DNA of 64,000 nucleotides from Malacoraja senta. Its lineage: Eukaryota. Shown one piece after another: positions 51,752 through 64,000 of this stretch. A program made the position numbers and the translations under genes. Position 1 is the stretch's first letter. Each line of letters opens with the position of its first letter. The stretch spans positions 4,960,001 to 5,024,000 of the forward strand of contig CM075989.1 in the NCBI GenBank assembly GCA_038087875.1. The letters run 5' to 3'. Under the pieces are notes generated by a model, which worked only from the letters and a program-made list of their open reading frames with translations, was not told the DNA's origin and made no database searches.

Positions 51752-53269
51752 TTACACTGAAGCTAGACCCAAAAAGCTGGAGTAACTCAGCGGGACAGGC
51801 AGCATCTCTGGAGAGATGGAACGGGTGACATTTTGACTTTTTGTGTCTATTTTCAGAGGAATAGATATGCTGAATAATGCACAGAGTATTTTACCCAGGG
51901 TGGGGGAATCAAGAACCAGAGTTATATAGGTTTAAGTGAGAGAAGATCCTGAGCGGTGGATGTATGAAACGAGCTGCAGAGGAGGTAGTTGAGGCAGGTA
52001 CTAAAACACATTTCAAAGACACACCCAGCTATATAGATAGGAAAGGTTTAGAGGAAGGAAAGGTATAAATGCGGCACGGTGGAGCAGCGGTAGAGTTGCT
52101 GCCTCTCAGCACCAGAGACCCAAGTTTGATCCTGACTACGGGTGCTGTCTGTACAGAATTTGTGCATTCTCCCTGTGACCTAGTGGGTTTCCTCCGGGTG
52201 CTCCGGTTTCCTCCCACACTCCAAAGACGTACAGGTTTTTATGTTCATTGGCTTCAGTAAAATTGTCCCTTGTGTGTGTTGGATAGTACTAGTGTACGGG
52301 GAGATTGTTAGTGGACTCGGTGGGCTGAAGGGCCCGTTTCTGTGCTGTATCTTTAAAGTCTAAAGTCTAAAGGAAGAAGGACTACCTAAAGTCTAAAGGA
52401 CAATCGCAATTAGACAGGTACATGGATAGGACAGGTGGAGAGGGATATGGGTCAAACGCAGGCAGGTGGGACTAGAGTAGATGGGACACGTTGGTCGGTG
52501 ATAGCAAGTTGGGCTGAAGGACCTGTTTCCATGCTGTATGACTCTGAGTAGAGGTATATTTAATCTGTTTGTGTATGTGTGTGAGAGAGGCCCATAGATA
52601 GTGGACACAGGTATGTGGACGTCAATTTGGACACATCAGTCATGAAAGCAAAGACTAACCCACCGCACCATTTTAATTCAGGGTCAGGAAGAAATCACAG
52701 ACCCGCCTTCACTTCAATGTGTTTTAAAAAAAAAATACTTGAGCGGAGCAGTATTCCCACATTTGGGATCCAGATGTGGTTCCAGTTTAAACACGGAGGT
52801 GAAGGAAAGATTTTCCCCGCTTGCTTCATTCAAGTTAAGGAATGAATTCTGAAACCTTGGATGTGCTCAGTGAAGATAAAGTCTAGCTGTGTTGATTTGT
52901 TTTGCTTTTTAGCCCCTGGGGCACGGAGGCGGTGGTGGCTGCCTGGGCAACATTGGCACCAGGTTGGACTGGGTATTCGCTGGGCATTCACAGACCGACT
53001 GAGTCAGTCAGGACACGCTGAATGTTGGATAATTCACACTCTGGAGCTTTGTTGGTGGTTACATTAGATTGTTAGAGACAAGGGACTGAGCGCTGTATAG
53101 TGAGGGGGTCCTGAGGGCGATGGACGTCTATCTTTACGGACGTAAACCCGTCCCCAGGCTGTGAGAGTGGGAGCACTCCCTGGGATAGTGTGTGGGTCTG
53201 GGTGAAACTGTTGGGGCTGTGGGTGGATCTGTGTACGTGACTCAGCCCCAGACGTGGCTGCCAATGCAG

Positions 53270-53712
53270 ACAGCTGTGTCTGGGACTGTGACTGGGAATG
53301 TGTGTCTGGGACTGTACACTCGTGTCTGAGACTGTATTGTGTCTGGGTCTGGGTACGTGTGTCTGGGACTGTGTATTGTGTCTGGGTCTGTATCTGGGAC
53401 TGTACACTCATGTCTGAGACTGTCTGGGACTGTGTACTATGTCTGGGACTGTGTATTGTGTCTAGGACTGTGTATGTGTCTGTATTGTGTCTGGGTACGT
53501 GTGTCTGGGACTGTGTATTGTATCTGGGACTGTGTATGTGTCTGGGTCTGTGTCTGGGTCTGTATCTGGGATTGTACACTCGTGTCTGAGACTGTCTAGG
53601 ACTGTGTATTGTGTCTAGGACTGTGTCTATGTCTGTGTCTGGGACTGTACACTGTGTCTGTGTCTGTGTCTGTGTCTGTGCCTGGGTCTGGATCTGTGTC
53701 TGGGACTGTGTA
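53270..53712. repeat. Minisatellite built on GTCTGGGACTGTGTATTGT-like units
   Basis: Repeated gtctgggactgt, gtctgagactgt and tgtacactcgt motifs. Confidence 0.9.
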
Positions 53713-54477
53713 CTTTGTGACTGGAGGGTTATGATGATGTCTGGAGTACTGCCCTTTGGGGATCAGTCTTTGGGACATTCAGGAGCCATGCCTGTGCACC
53801 TTGGGGAGCGGTGTGGGGTACGTACGGCGGTGATGCTTTGTCTAGGTTTACGTGCGAGACAGGGAGAGGGTTGCGCACGTGTACCTCTGGGAAGTCGTGC
53901 CAAGCCGTGTCCTTTCAGCTTACCGCCAGGATGTATGGGCTGTAAGATTAGAATGCTGAAAAAACACAGAAAAGCAACTGATATGGAAGAGTGACAAAAC
54001 CACAACAAATAGTATAAATCTGACAACCAGCTGGGGAGAGACTGGACCAGGAGGGAGAGATGGGAGTGGAAAGTTATTTTGGAGACACAAGAATCCAGAT
54101 GCTGCTTTTCAAAAAAAGATACAAAATGCTGAACTAATTCAGCTAGGCAGGTAGCATTTCTGGTGAACTGTGGTAGGTGACGTTTCAAGGGTATATGGTG
54201 TTTACAGAGAACTGTTTACATATCTGTCGCTGCTGCAAGTGAGAAGAGTATTGTTCTGTTTGGGACATAAAATACTCTTGACCAATCTTCACACTGATGG
54301 GGGAGGGAGGGTGGGGGTGGGGGGGGGGGGGCGGAGAGGGGAAGAAAGTTGAATTGTGAAGGAACTGCAGATGCTGGTTTACACCGAAGATGGACACAAC
54401 ATGCTGGAGTAACTCAGTGGGACAGGCGGCATCTCTGGAGAGAAATGGGCGACCTTTTCAGGTCGAGAGCCTTCTGC

Positions 54478-54897
54478 ACACACACACAGTCACACACACT
54501 CACTTACTTACATACACACACTCACTCACAATCACTCACACAATCACACTCACTCACACAATCACACTCACTCACACAATCACACTCACTCACGCACACA
54601 CACTCACACAATCACACTCACTCACGCAAACACACACTCACTCACACACACACACACACAAACTCACACACACTCACTCACACACACACACACACAAACT
54701 CACACACACTCACTCACACACACACACACTCACACACACACACACACACACAAACTCACACACACACTCACACAATCACACACTCACTTAACATACGCTC
54801 ACATGCACACTCACCTCACGCCCACGCACTCACACACACTGACACACACACACACACACACACACACACTGACACAATCACACACACACTGACACAA

Positions 54898-54933
<36 letters not shown>

Positions 54934-55027
54934 TTAACATATACGCAAACTCACATATCACACACACTCACATCCACTCACACACACACACTCAGAATCA
55001 CACTCACACACACTCTCTCACACACAC
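54478..55027. repeat. (CA)n/(CACT)n degenerate microsatellite
   Basis: Seen directly in the sequence. Confidence 0.95.
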
Positions 55028-56215
55028 TAGACAGCACGTAGCCCCGAAGTCACAGTTCTAGCATCTCACTCAGAGTTGGAGAAGGCAGTTGGTGTGTTTG
55101 ATGGGAGTGGACAGTGGAGGATGCAGTGCTGGTATAAAGGAGCTACTACAGGGACAAGCAGTCGCGGTGGTCTCCTGCTAAAACCCACTGGGTAATTGCA
55201 GAGTGTTGACGGATACTGCGGCTGGGGCGAGTGGAGGAGCTGCCTTAAGGACGCAGCGTCACTGGACTGACTGGTGACGTCGAGGTATTTTAGCCCCTTT
55301 TTTTTTATAAAGTACAGTTATTAGCTTGCAAGGATCTACTACAAGCTCTGGGGTACAAAGGAGCAACAACACTTGCCAAGGAATTGGACTTCAAGTTTGC
55401 AGGAAACTTCACCCGCAACAACTAAAGTTGTCCATCTTTGTAAGTTGATGATACTGACGAGACTGTAAAGATGCAACTCCAAATTCATGCTGTCTCAATG
55501 CACGATGTTTTGCAAACGTCTAGATGTGTAGATTAGCACAGATGCTAACCGAATATGTGTTTTACCGACATTTAGAGAAACCAAATCAAATTTGCAATTT
55601 TCTTTTAAAGTTTGCTACAACTAAAATGTGGAGAAAAGGAAAGTTAAGTTTGTTGTTGGGGAAATGAGGGCAGGTCGATGTGGGGGTAGTGCAATATTCA
55701 TTCGGATCTTGGCTCCACCGTGATTTGGGACAGAAAAGCTGCGATCTCGTTGCTTTAAAATGCACCAACTATAGGAATTTAACTCGCAGTAAAATCTTGA
55801 CAAATTCAGAATACAAAGTTGAGAATTCGTTTTGTGAAATAAAATTATCAATCGCTATTATTGATTTGGTTATAAAAAAAGAAGAAGTTTTCTGCTAAAA
55901 CGAGGTAACCTACATGAATCGATCCACATTTAAATCGGATTGTGTGTAAATTTCGGAATGTTTTTTTAAAAGTGGTTGTTACTGGGCTAAGATTGCTATG
56001 AACTGAACTATATCTTAATTGTTATATATGTTAAATTATATGTTAAATTATATATGGAATTAAAAAAAACCAAAGAGAACACACGGAGAAAGACCTCTGT
56101 TGATAGTCGGTCTGCAGTGAGAATCAGAGGTTCGTGCAGATGCGAAGTTTTTGAAAGTTTCAAAACTTTTGGACAAGTTTGGAAGCAAACTTTAGGAGAA
56201 GCAAACCGCTGTCTG

Positions 56216-56232
56216 GTGCTCCCTCTGGCGGC
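56216..56232 (-). promoter_or_regulatory. Candidate CTCF-binding motif
   Basis: Minus strand GCCGCCAGAGGGAGCAC closely fits the CTCF core consensus (CCRCYAGRKGGCRS) and lies in non-repetitive sequence. Confidence 0.5.
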
Positions 56233-56275
56233 GGCGCTGCCGGACTGCAGCGGTCACCACACAGCGAAGGGATGC

Positions 56276-56314
<39 letters not shown>

Positions 56315-56427
56315 TGCACTGACTCCAGTGGGAATGTTAAAACAAAGCCCTCACAATGCACATCCAATTAGTCCTACCACCAAAAAATAACTCCTTCCAG
56401 ATGCACCCAGGAACATGGTTTCAATTG

Positions 56428-56459
<32 letters not shown>

Positions 56460-59400
56460 GCTTGTGTTGCTATTTGTAAGTGGTTTTAATTTTAATGTAG
56501 TCTTTGGACGTTTTCACCCCAGTGCGCCCGGCTGCACCACTCTCTGCTCTCTCCACTTTCCCATCAGGTTGAGAATCTTTTCACACCGGTGCAGCCAGCA
56601 TCTGTGTTTAGTATCAACGCCCAAACGCTGGCTGGCAGCACCAACAGCGACTGGCAGTTTTGCATTGGCGACTCTAACGTTGCAAAGGGGAGGAAAAAAA
56701 AAAGACCCATTCTGGACAATGAACAAACACAATTTGACTGAAGCGGAGATCAGGGCAGGGAAGAGCTAGGAATGACAGCTTGAAATGATTTCCCACGTTG
56801 CTGTAGGTGAGAAACTGCAGATAGTAAATGACGATGGGAGCGACAGGCCATGTCAGTGTCCAGTGTAAATAAACACTTCAGCTTATTTATTTATTGATTC
56901 ATACTGAAGAGTTTGAACTCCAGTTTGCCCGGTGGCCTGGAGCTGTGGATAGAGGCGGGTTTGTAAAGAAGGGACCATCGGGGGGGAAATGTTTAAGAAG
57001 GAACTGCAGATGCTGGAAAATCGAAGGTAGACAAAAATGCTGGAGAGACTCAGCTGGTGCAGCAGCATCTATGGAGCGAAGGAGATAGGCAAACGTTTCC
57101 TTCGCTCCATAGATGCTGCTGCACCCGCTGAGTTTCTCCAGCACTTTTGTCGACCATCGCGGGGAATCTGGGCGGTGGCCCTTCACCTTGGGGTGAAATA
57201 TTCAGAATACATCCACTGTCATTCCAAAGATAGACACAAAATGCTGGAGTATTTGTGGGGCAGGCAGTCTGAAGAAGGGTCTCGACCCCAAACGCCACCC
57301 ATTCATTCCTTCTCTCCAGAGATGCTGCCTGTCCCGCTGAGTTCCTCCAGCTTTTTGTGTCTATCTTCGGTTTAAACCAGCATCTGCAGTTCCTTCCTAC
57401 ACACTGTTATTCCAAGCTGCTGTTGGGGGGGGGTGTCTGCACTGAGATGAACTGATTGAAACATATAAGATTGTTAAGGGCTTGGACACACTAGAGGCAG
57501 GAAACATGTTCCCAATGTTGGGGGAGTCTAGAACCAGGGGCCACAGTTTAAGAATAAGGAGTAAGCCATTTAGAACGGAGACGAGGAAACACTTTTTCTC
57601 ACAGAGAGTGGTGAGTCTGTGGAATTCTCTGCCTCAGAGGGCGGTGGAGGCGGGTTCTCTGGATGCTTTCAAGAGAGAGCTAGATAGGGCTCTTAAAAAT
57701 AGCGGAGTCAGGGGGAATGGGGAGAAGGCAGGAACGGGGTACTGATTGGGGATGATCAGCCATGATCACATTGAATGGCGATGCTGGCTCGAAGGGCCAA
57801 ATGGCCTACTCCTGCACCTATTGTCTATTGTCTATTGTCACTGGTGTGAACGAGTGTGGGCTCGATGGGCCGAAGGGCCTGTTTCCGTGCTGTATCCTTC
57901 AGTCAATGAATCGAACCAAAACTTCATTTCTCTTTTTTCTCCGTGGTTGGCACGATGTGTTGGGAAGAGATCTTTGTGTTGTGAAGGAAGGGACTGCCAC
58001 CTTCGCAGCCCGCTCAGCTTCAAGCCCACCTTGGTTCATCTAAGGGGGTAGGATCCCAATATTAATAAGGCCACAAATGGGACAAGTTTACCTTTATGTG
58101 CAAATTCCACAGCATAGTTTAGTTCAGGTTAGTTTATTGTCACGTACCGAGGTACAGTGAAAAGCTTTTGTTGCGTGCTAACCAGTCAGCGGAAAGACAA
58201 TACATGATTACAATCGAGTCATCCACAGTGTACAGATACATGATGAAGGGAATAATGTTTAGTGCAAGATAAAGTCCGGTAAGGTCTGATCAAAGATAAT
58301 CCAAGGGTCTCCAATGAGGTAGATAGTAGCTCAGGACTGGTCTCTAGTTGTTGGTAGGATGGTTCAGTTGCCTTATAACAGCTGGGAAGAAACTGTTCCT
58401 GAATCTGGAGGTGTTCAGCTTTTTCATTAAATGGTGATTGAGGATTATGGAAATCAGACAGATCCCATTGAATGATGGAACAGAACTAATGAAGACACAA
58501 GGACCTGCAGATGCTGGAATCTTCAGTCAATCACGGGTCTACGCAGAAGCGAAGAGAGATGGTTTTGGATTGATTGATTGATTGCAAAATACAGTATGGA
58601 AACGGGCCCTTCGGCCCACAAAGTCCAAACTGACCATTGATCACTCATTCCCACTAGTTCTGTGTTATCCCACTTACACATCCACTCCCTACACACTAGA
58701 TGTCAGTCGATAGTCTATCTCCTGTGATGGAACAGTGAGATCAAGTAACGGTAGGGAGATGTCGGAGATGGTTCATGTCTGAAGAAGGGTCTCAACCTGA
58801 AACGTCACCCATTCCTTCTCTCCAGAGATGCTGCCTGTCCCGCTGAGTTACTCCAGCATTGTGTGTCCATCCTCGGTGTAAACCAGCACCTGCAGTTCCT
58901 CCCTAACACTAGAGACAATTTACAGAGGGCCAATTACCCTTCAAACCCACAGGTCTTTGGGATGTGCGAGGAAACCCGAGCACCTGGAGGAGACCCACAC
59001 GGTCGCAGGGAGAACGTGCAAACTCCACACAAAGCACAGAAATTCAGGATCGTACCCGGGTCTCCGGCATTGTGAGGTAAAGTGCTGGAGGAACTCAGTG
59101 GGTCGGGCAGCGTCGGTGGAGGGAGGTGGACAGACTATGTTTCAGATCAGGACCCTTCCCCAGACGGATGGTGTAGAGGGGAGAAAGCTGGAAGAGTGGT
59201 GGAGCTAAGCCTAGCATGTTCTTGGAGGACACAAGTCATTGGGAGACAGGTGGAGTAAGTGACAAAGGGCGGAAGTGAAGGGTGGATGGAGACTTGAAGA
59301 GTGTCAGCTAAACAGGGAAGAGGAGAAGTGGAATGTAAAGTGTGCAGGAAGGAACCTCAGATGCTGGTTTAAACCGAAGATAGACACAAGATGCTGGAGT

Positions 59401-60158
59401 AACTCAGCGGGACTGGCAGCATCTCTGGATGGAAGGAATGGCCGATGTTTTGGTTTCCAAAGATGCTGCCTGTTCCGCTGAGTTACTCCAATATTTTGTG
59501 TCTATCTTCTGGAATGTAAAGCCAGAGGCTTCCAAATCGGTGTGTTGTGCGACGTGGGAGGTCTTTGACCGTAGCCTCAGAGACGGAACACCAGCACCTG
59601 AACGTCACACTCCTCAACGTTAGTGGGAGAGGTTGGGAACAGGCCATTATCAGGGACACCCAAACCCTACTGAAAGGACCCCGGGCACACCGTGTCCAGG
59701 AGATAAACATTAATGTTAGAAACAAGGAACTGCCGACGTTGGTTTCTACCAAAGATAGACACAAAGTGCTGGAGCAACTCAGCGGGCCAGGCAGCATCTC
59801 TGGAAAAAAGCAATGGGCGGCCTTTTGGGTTGGGGTCCTTCCTCAAACTCTTTGGGAGAATCTCCAGAGAGGGAACTTAGTTACAAGATTAGGGAGCACT
59901 CACGTAAACCGTGGAACATCTTCTCACAGAGTGCGGAGAATCCCTGGAACACTCTACTCTGACGGGTGGTGGTGGTTGGATCACTGGGGAGGTGTTTAAA
60001 GAGGATGTAGATACATTTTAGGATGATTAGGGTACTGAGGGCTTAGGGAAACTAACACAGAAGAGGAGATTAGAAAAGACACAAAGTGCTGGAGTAACTC
60101 GGCAGGTTCCGCAGCATCTCTGGTGGTGTGGTGGTGCAGCGGTAGAGTTGCTGCCTTA

Positions 60159-60663
60159 AGGGGCTGTCCCACTGCGGCGACCTAATCCGCGAGTTCTGGC
60201 GAGTTTGCCCTCGACTCATACTCGCAGCACGGTCGACACGAGGTCCTAGGAGGTCTTTGTAAATCTCCTTCATGCTCGAGAGTGGTCCCCACGTACTCGA
60301 GGCCTCAGCTAGGTCGCGGCATTTTTTTCAACATGCTGAAAAATGCCCGCGAGTAAAAAAAGGCCGCCATGGAAAAAATTGATATTTTTTTACTCGTAGG
60401 TTTAGTCGAAGTAGGTCGTAGTAGGTCAGCATGTTAGTCGTAGGTAATCGAGGGTAGTCGAAGATAGCCTTCATCATGGTCGAAGGGAGATCGAAGGAGG
60501 TCGTCTTCACTCTCCACTATTCAGTGTCCAATTTTCCCGATGCTAGTCGAAGCTAGTCATAGCTAGTCTTCAACATAGTTGAAGGAGGTCTTCACCATGA
60601 CACTTTTTCAATCTCTCCTAAACTCTTCTAAACTCGCCAATTAGGTCACCGCAGTGGGACAGC
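60159..60663. mobile_element. Harbinger-type MITE (~505 bp) inserted in a V-SINE head
   Basis: Same TIR and body as 51225-51751, preceded by TTA. The right TIR tip is lost at an ACAGC microhomology with the host SINE. Confidence 0.82.
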
Positions 60664-61321
60664 GCCATAGACGCGGGTTCGATCCTGACTTTGTGTGTTG
60701 TCTTTACGGAGTTTGTATGTTCTCCCCGTGACCTGTGTAGGTTTTCTCTGGGTGCTCCGGCTTCCTCCCACACTCCATAGGTGTATTGGTTTGTAGGTTA
60801 ATTGGCTTCGGTAAAATTGCAAATTGCCCCTAGTGAGGGCAGGATAGTCGGCATGGACACAGTGGGCCGAAGGACCTGTTTCCACGCTGCATCTCTAAAC
60901 TAAACATGGATAGGTGACCTGATGGATCGGGACCTTCTTCAGACCCTTCTTCAGAGATAACGCTAGGGACAGATTAGCCGTGATCATGTACGGTTGGGAT
61001 AGGTTTGAGGGGTCGAGTGGCCTACTGCTGCTCTTATTTTATTGTGTCTTTTTGCTTCTCCACCAGTTTGAGAGGTCACGGATCAGGGATGACACTACCT
61101 TCGAGCTTTGAGAATGCACTGAGACATTAGTGTCGAGACAGACGGCTGTGGAGGCCAAGTTAATGGACATTGTTAAGGCGGAGTTAGATAGATTCTTGAT
61201 TAGTACGGGTGTCAGGGGGTTATGGGGAGAAGGCAGGAGAATGGGGTTGAGAGGGAAAGATAGATCAGCCATGATTGAATGGCGGAGTAGACTTGATGGG
61301 CCGAATGGCCTATTTCTGCTC

Positions 61322-61521
61322 NNNNNNNNNNNNNNNNNNNNNNNNNNNNNNNNNNNNNNNNNNNNNNNNNNNNNNNNNNNNNNNNNNNNNNNNNNNNNNN
61401 NNNNNNNNNNNNNNNNNNNNNNNNNNNNNNNNNNNNNNNNNNNNNNNNNNNNNNNNNNNNNNNNNNNNNNNNNNNNNNNNNNNNNNNNNNNNNNNNNNNN
61501 NNNNNNNNNNNNNNNNNNNNN
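61322..61521. other. Assembly gap (200 N)
   Basis: N run. Confidence 0.99.
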
Positions 61522-62170
61522 TTCTTGCTATTGAGGGAGTGCAGCGTAGGTTTACAAGGTTAATTCCCGGGATGGCAGGACTGTCATATGCTGAGAGAAT
61601 GGAGCAGCTCGGCTTGTACACTCTGGAATTTAGAAAGATGAGAGGGGATCTCATTGAAACATATAAGATTGTTAAGGGTTTGGACCCGCTAGAGGCAGGA
61701 AACATGTTCCCGATGTTGGGGGAGTCCAGAACCAGGGGCCACAGTTTAAGAATAAGGAGTAAGCCATTTAGAACGGAGACGAGGAAACACTTTTTCTCAC
61801 AGAGAGTGGTGAGTCTGTGGAATTCTCTGCCTCAGAGGGCGGTGGAGGCAGGTTCTCTAGATGCTTTCAAGAGAGAGACAATAGACAATAGACAATAGAC
61901 ATTAGGTGCAGGAGTAGGCCATTCGGCCCTTCGAGCCAGCACCGCCATTCAATGTGATCATGGCTGATCATCCGCAATCAGTACCCCATTCCTGCCTTCT
62001 CCCCATATCCCCTGACTCCGCTATTTTTAAGAGCCCTATCTAGCTCTCTCTTGAAAGCATCCAGAGAACCCGCCTCCACCACCCTCTGAGGCAAAGAATT
62101 CCACACTCACCACTCTCTGTGTGAAAAAGTGTTTCCTCATCTCCGTTCTACATGGCTTACTCCTTATTCC
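61522..62170. mobile_element. Tail-to-tail CR1 fragments next to the gap (+ 61522-61878; - 61879-62170)
   Basis: Plus-strand LAIEGVQRRFTRL...DAFKRE, then a reverse-oriented 3' end starting with (acaatag)n. Confidence 0.85.
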
Positions 62171-62384
62171 AGTTATTCCGAAAAAAAATCGCATCTCCTT
62201 CGAGGTAGGAAATTGAAATAAGTTTCCCCCCCCCCCCAGGACGGGTTTGGAGGGATATGGGCTAAACACAAGCAGGTGGGACTAGTGTAGATGGGACATA
62301 TTGGCTGGTGTGGGCATGTTGGGCCGAAGGGCCTGTTTCCACCCTGTCTGACTCTACAACAGGACATCGGAAAAGATCATCCAG

Positions 62385-62585
62385 TAACCATGTCTGGGGA
62401 GCCAGCGCTTTGCTGAAGACTGACATTGGTGTTTAAATTCACCATTGGCTTCAGTGCATCAGGACAGCTGAAGACCAACTCAGAGAAAGAGTGTTTGACG
62501 GCCAAGACCTCAAACCCAGGACAACCTCATGGACTTCCTCAATACATCTGAGACCTGGACCTCAAAGCACCATGGAGGTTCTGGC
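62385..62585 (+). mobile_element. Ancient RTE-clade LINE remnant
   Basis: Degenerate translation KTDIGV*IHHWLQC...QLRERVFDGQDLKPRT...SETWT resembles the RTE RT C-terminal region. Confidence 0.55.
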
Positions 62586-62870
62586 AATTTAGATTAGCAT
62601 TAACTTTGGAGATACGGCAATGAAACAGGCCCTTCGGCCCACCGAGTCCATGCCAACCATCCTCGATCGAGTTCCTTCAAAGGATCTTCTACAACCAATG
62701 TCGATGTTTTGATTTTCTTTATTCATAAAACCATACCTCAGGAGCTGAGCCATGGGATATTTTGTCTGTCACCATTCGGTAGTTCCACCGTAAGTCATAG
62801 AAGTAAACGCAGCGCAGACGAGGAAACTCTGAGATTAATTTGATTATTTCACGTTGGTTCCTCTCTCTAG

Positions 62871-63008
<138 letters not shown>

Positions 63009-63434
63009 TGATCCTTTAAACACTTTTAGTTTAGTTGAGAGATACAGTGCAGAAACAGGCCCTTCGGCCCACCGAGTGCGTGCCGACCAGCGATCCCCGC
63101 ATATTAACACCATCCTACAAACCCTAGGACAATTTTACATTTATACATTGATACCAAGCCAGTTTACCTACAAACCTGTACTTCTTTGGGGTGTGGGGGG
63201 AAACCCGGAGATTTGGGAGAAAACCCTGCTCAGATCACGGGGAGAACGTACAAACTCCGTACAGACAGCACCCGTTGTCGGGATCGAACCCGGGTCTCTG
63301 GCGCAGCAAGCGTGTAAGGCAGCAACTCTACCGCTGTGTCCCCCTTTTACAACCCATCGCTCACACTTAAATCCCCATTAAGATTTGCTCCATAATGTGC
63401 AGATATACCTTCAGAAATTCAGAAATATCTCAGT

Positions 63435-63462
63435 CTGAAGAAGGGTCTCGACCCGAAACGTC
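63435..63462 (+). ncRNA. Minimal hammerhead ribozyme motif, sense to the RLBP1 pre-mRNA
   Basis: Exact CTGAAGAAGGGTCTCGACCCGAAACGTC on the + strand, ~450 nt downstream of the 62871-62981 exon. Confidence 0.7.
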
Positions 63463-64000
63463 ACCCATTCCTTCGCTCCATAGATGCTGCCTCACCCGCT
63501 GATTTTCTCCAGCATTTTGGTCTACCTACCAAATATATCAGAGGTGTGAATGTCGACAGTTCTCAGGTGCATATCGCAACTGGTGCTGGCTCAGAGTTTA
63601 ATGTTACAGGATGCTAGGATGAGGGGAGCAGGATGTTTGCTAGGTTTCAGCGTGCAGAAACTTGAAGATGGGGGGCTGGTCAGGAGAACAGTGGCGGGAG
63701 CAAGTCCGCAGATGTTACAAACTGGAAGAAAAGAGCCGACACAGTGGCGCAGCGGGTAGTACTGCTACCTCACAGCGCCAGAGACCAATCCTGACTGCGG
63801 GTACTGTCCGTGTGGAGTTTGCCCGTTCTCCCTGTGGCTGCCTGGGTTTTCTTCAGGTGTTCCGGTTTCCTCCCACATCCCACAGACGTGTGGGTTTGTA
63901 GGTTAATTGGCTTCTGTAAATTGTCTCCAAGTGTGTAGGGAGTGATATGAAAGTGGACCAATGTAAACCTTGGTGGGCTGAAGGGCCTGTTTCCTTGCTG

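Noticed and set aside
52913..52962. Possible exon after the strong acceptor ttttgctttttag
   Set aside because: No frame resembles the missing RLBP1 exons or any protein I recognise, and the donor is weak.
61067..61111. Acceptor-like site followed by FERSRIRDDTTFEL*
   Set aside because: No recognisable homology and no partner exons; it sits between repeat fragments.

Overview
Repeat-rich eukaryotic genomic DNA. The V-SINE/CR1/Penelope repeat content suggests a cartilaginous fish, probably a skate or ray (inference). The only host gene I can support is RLBP1 (CRALBP, + strand). Four coding exons are visible (4229-4240, 5153-5284, 28556-28760, 62871-62981) and their sizes and phases match vertebrate RLBP1. 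The two exons expected between the third and fourth could not be found, and two 200-N assembly gaps (39098-39297, 61322-61521) lie in that interval. The introns hold a structurally complete but frameshifted DIRS1-type tyrosine-recombinase retrotransposon (8074-12919) with perfect ITRs and an internal complementary region, inserted at an AAT inside an older LINE. They also hold a 4 x 2199-bp apparently identical tandem array (15190-23988), Penelope-like GIY-YIG fragments, and about 40 short Penelope-tail elements carrying a minimal hammerhead-ribozyme core, several as fold-back units with 8-16 bp target-site duplications. Other repeats are PIF/Harbinger-type MITEs, an internally deleted hAT element, L1/Tx1, CR1 and RTE fragments, tRNA-derived V-SINEs and long CA microsatellites. 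Most ORFs in the supplied track are artefacts of repeats.
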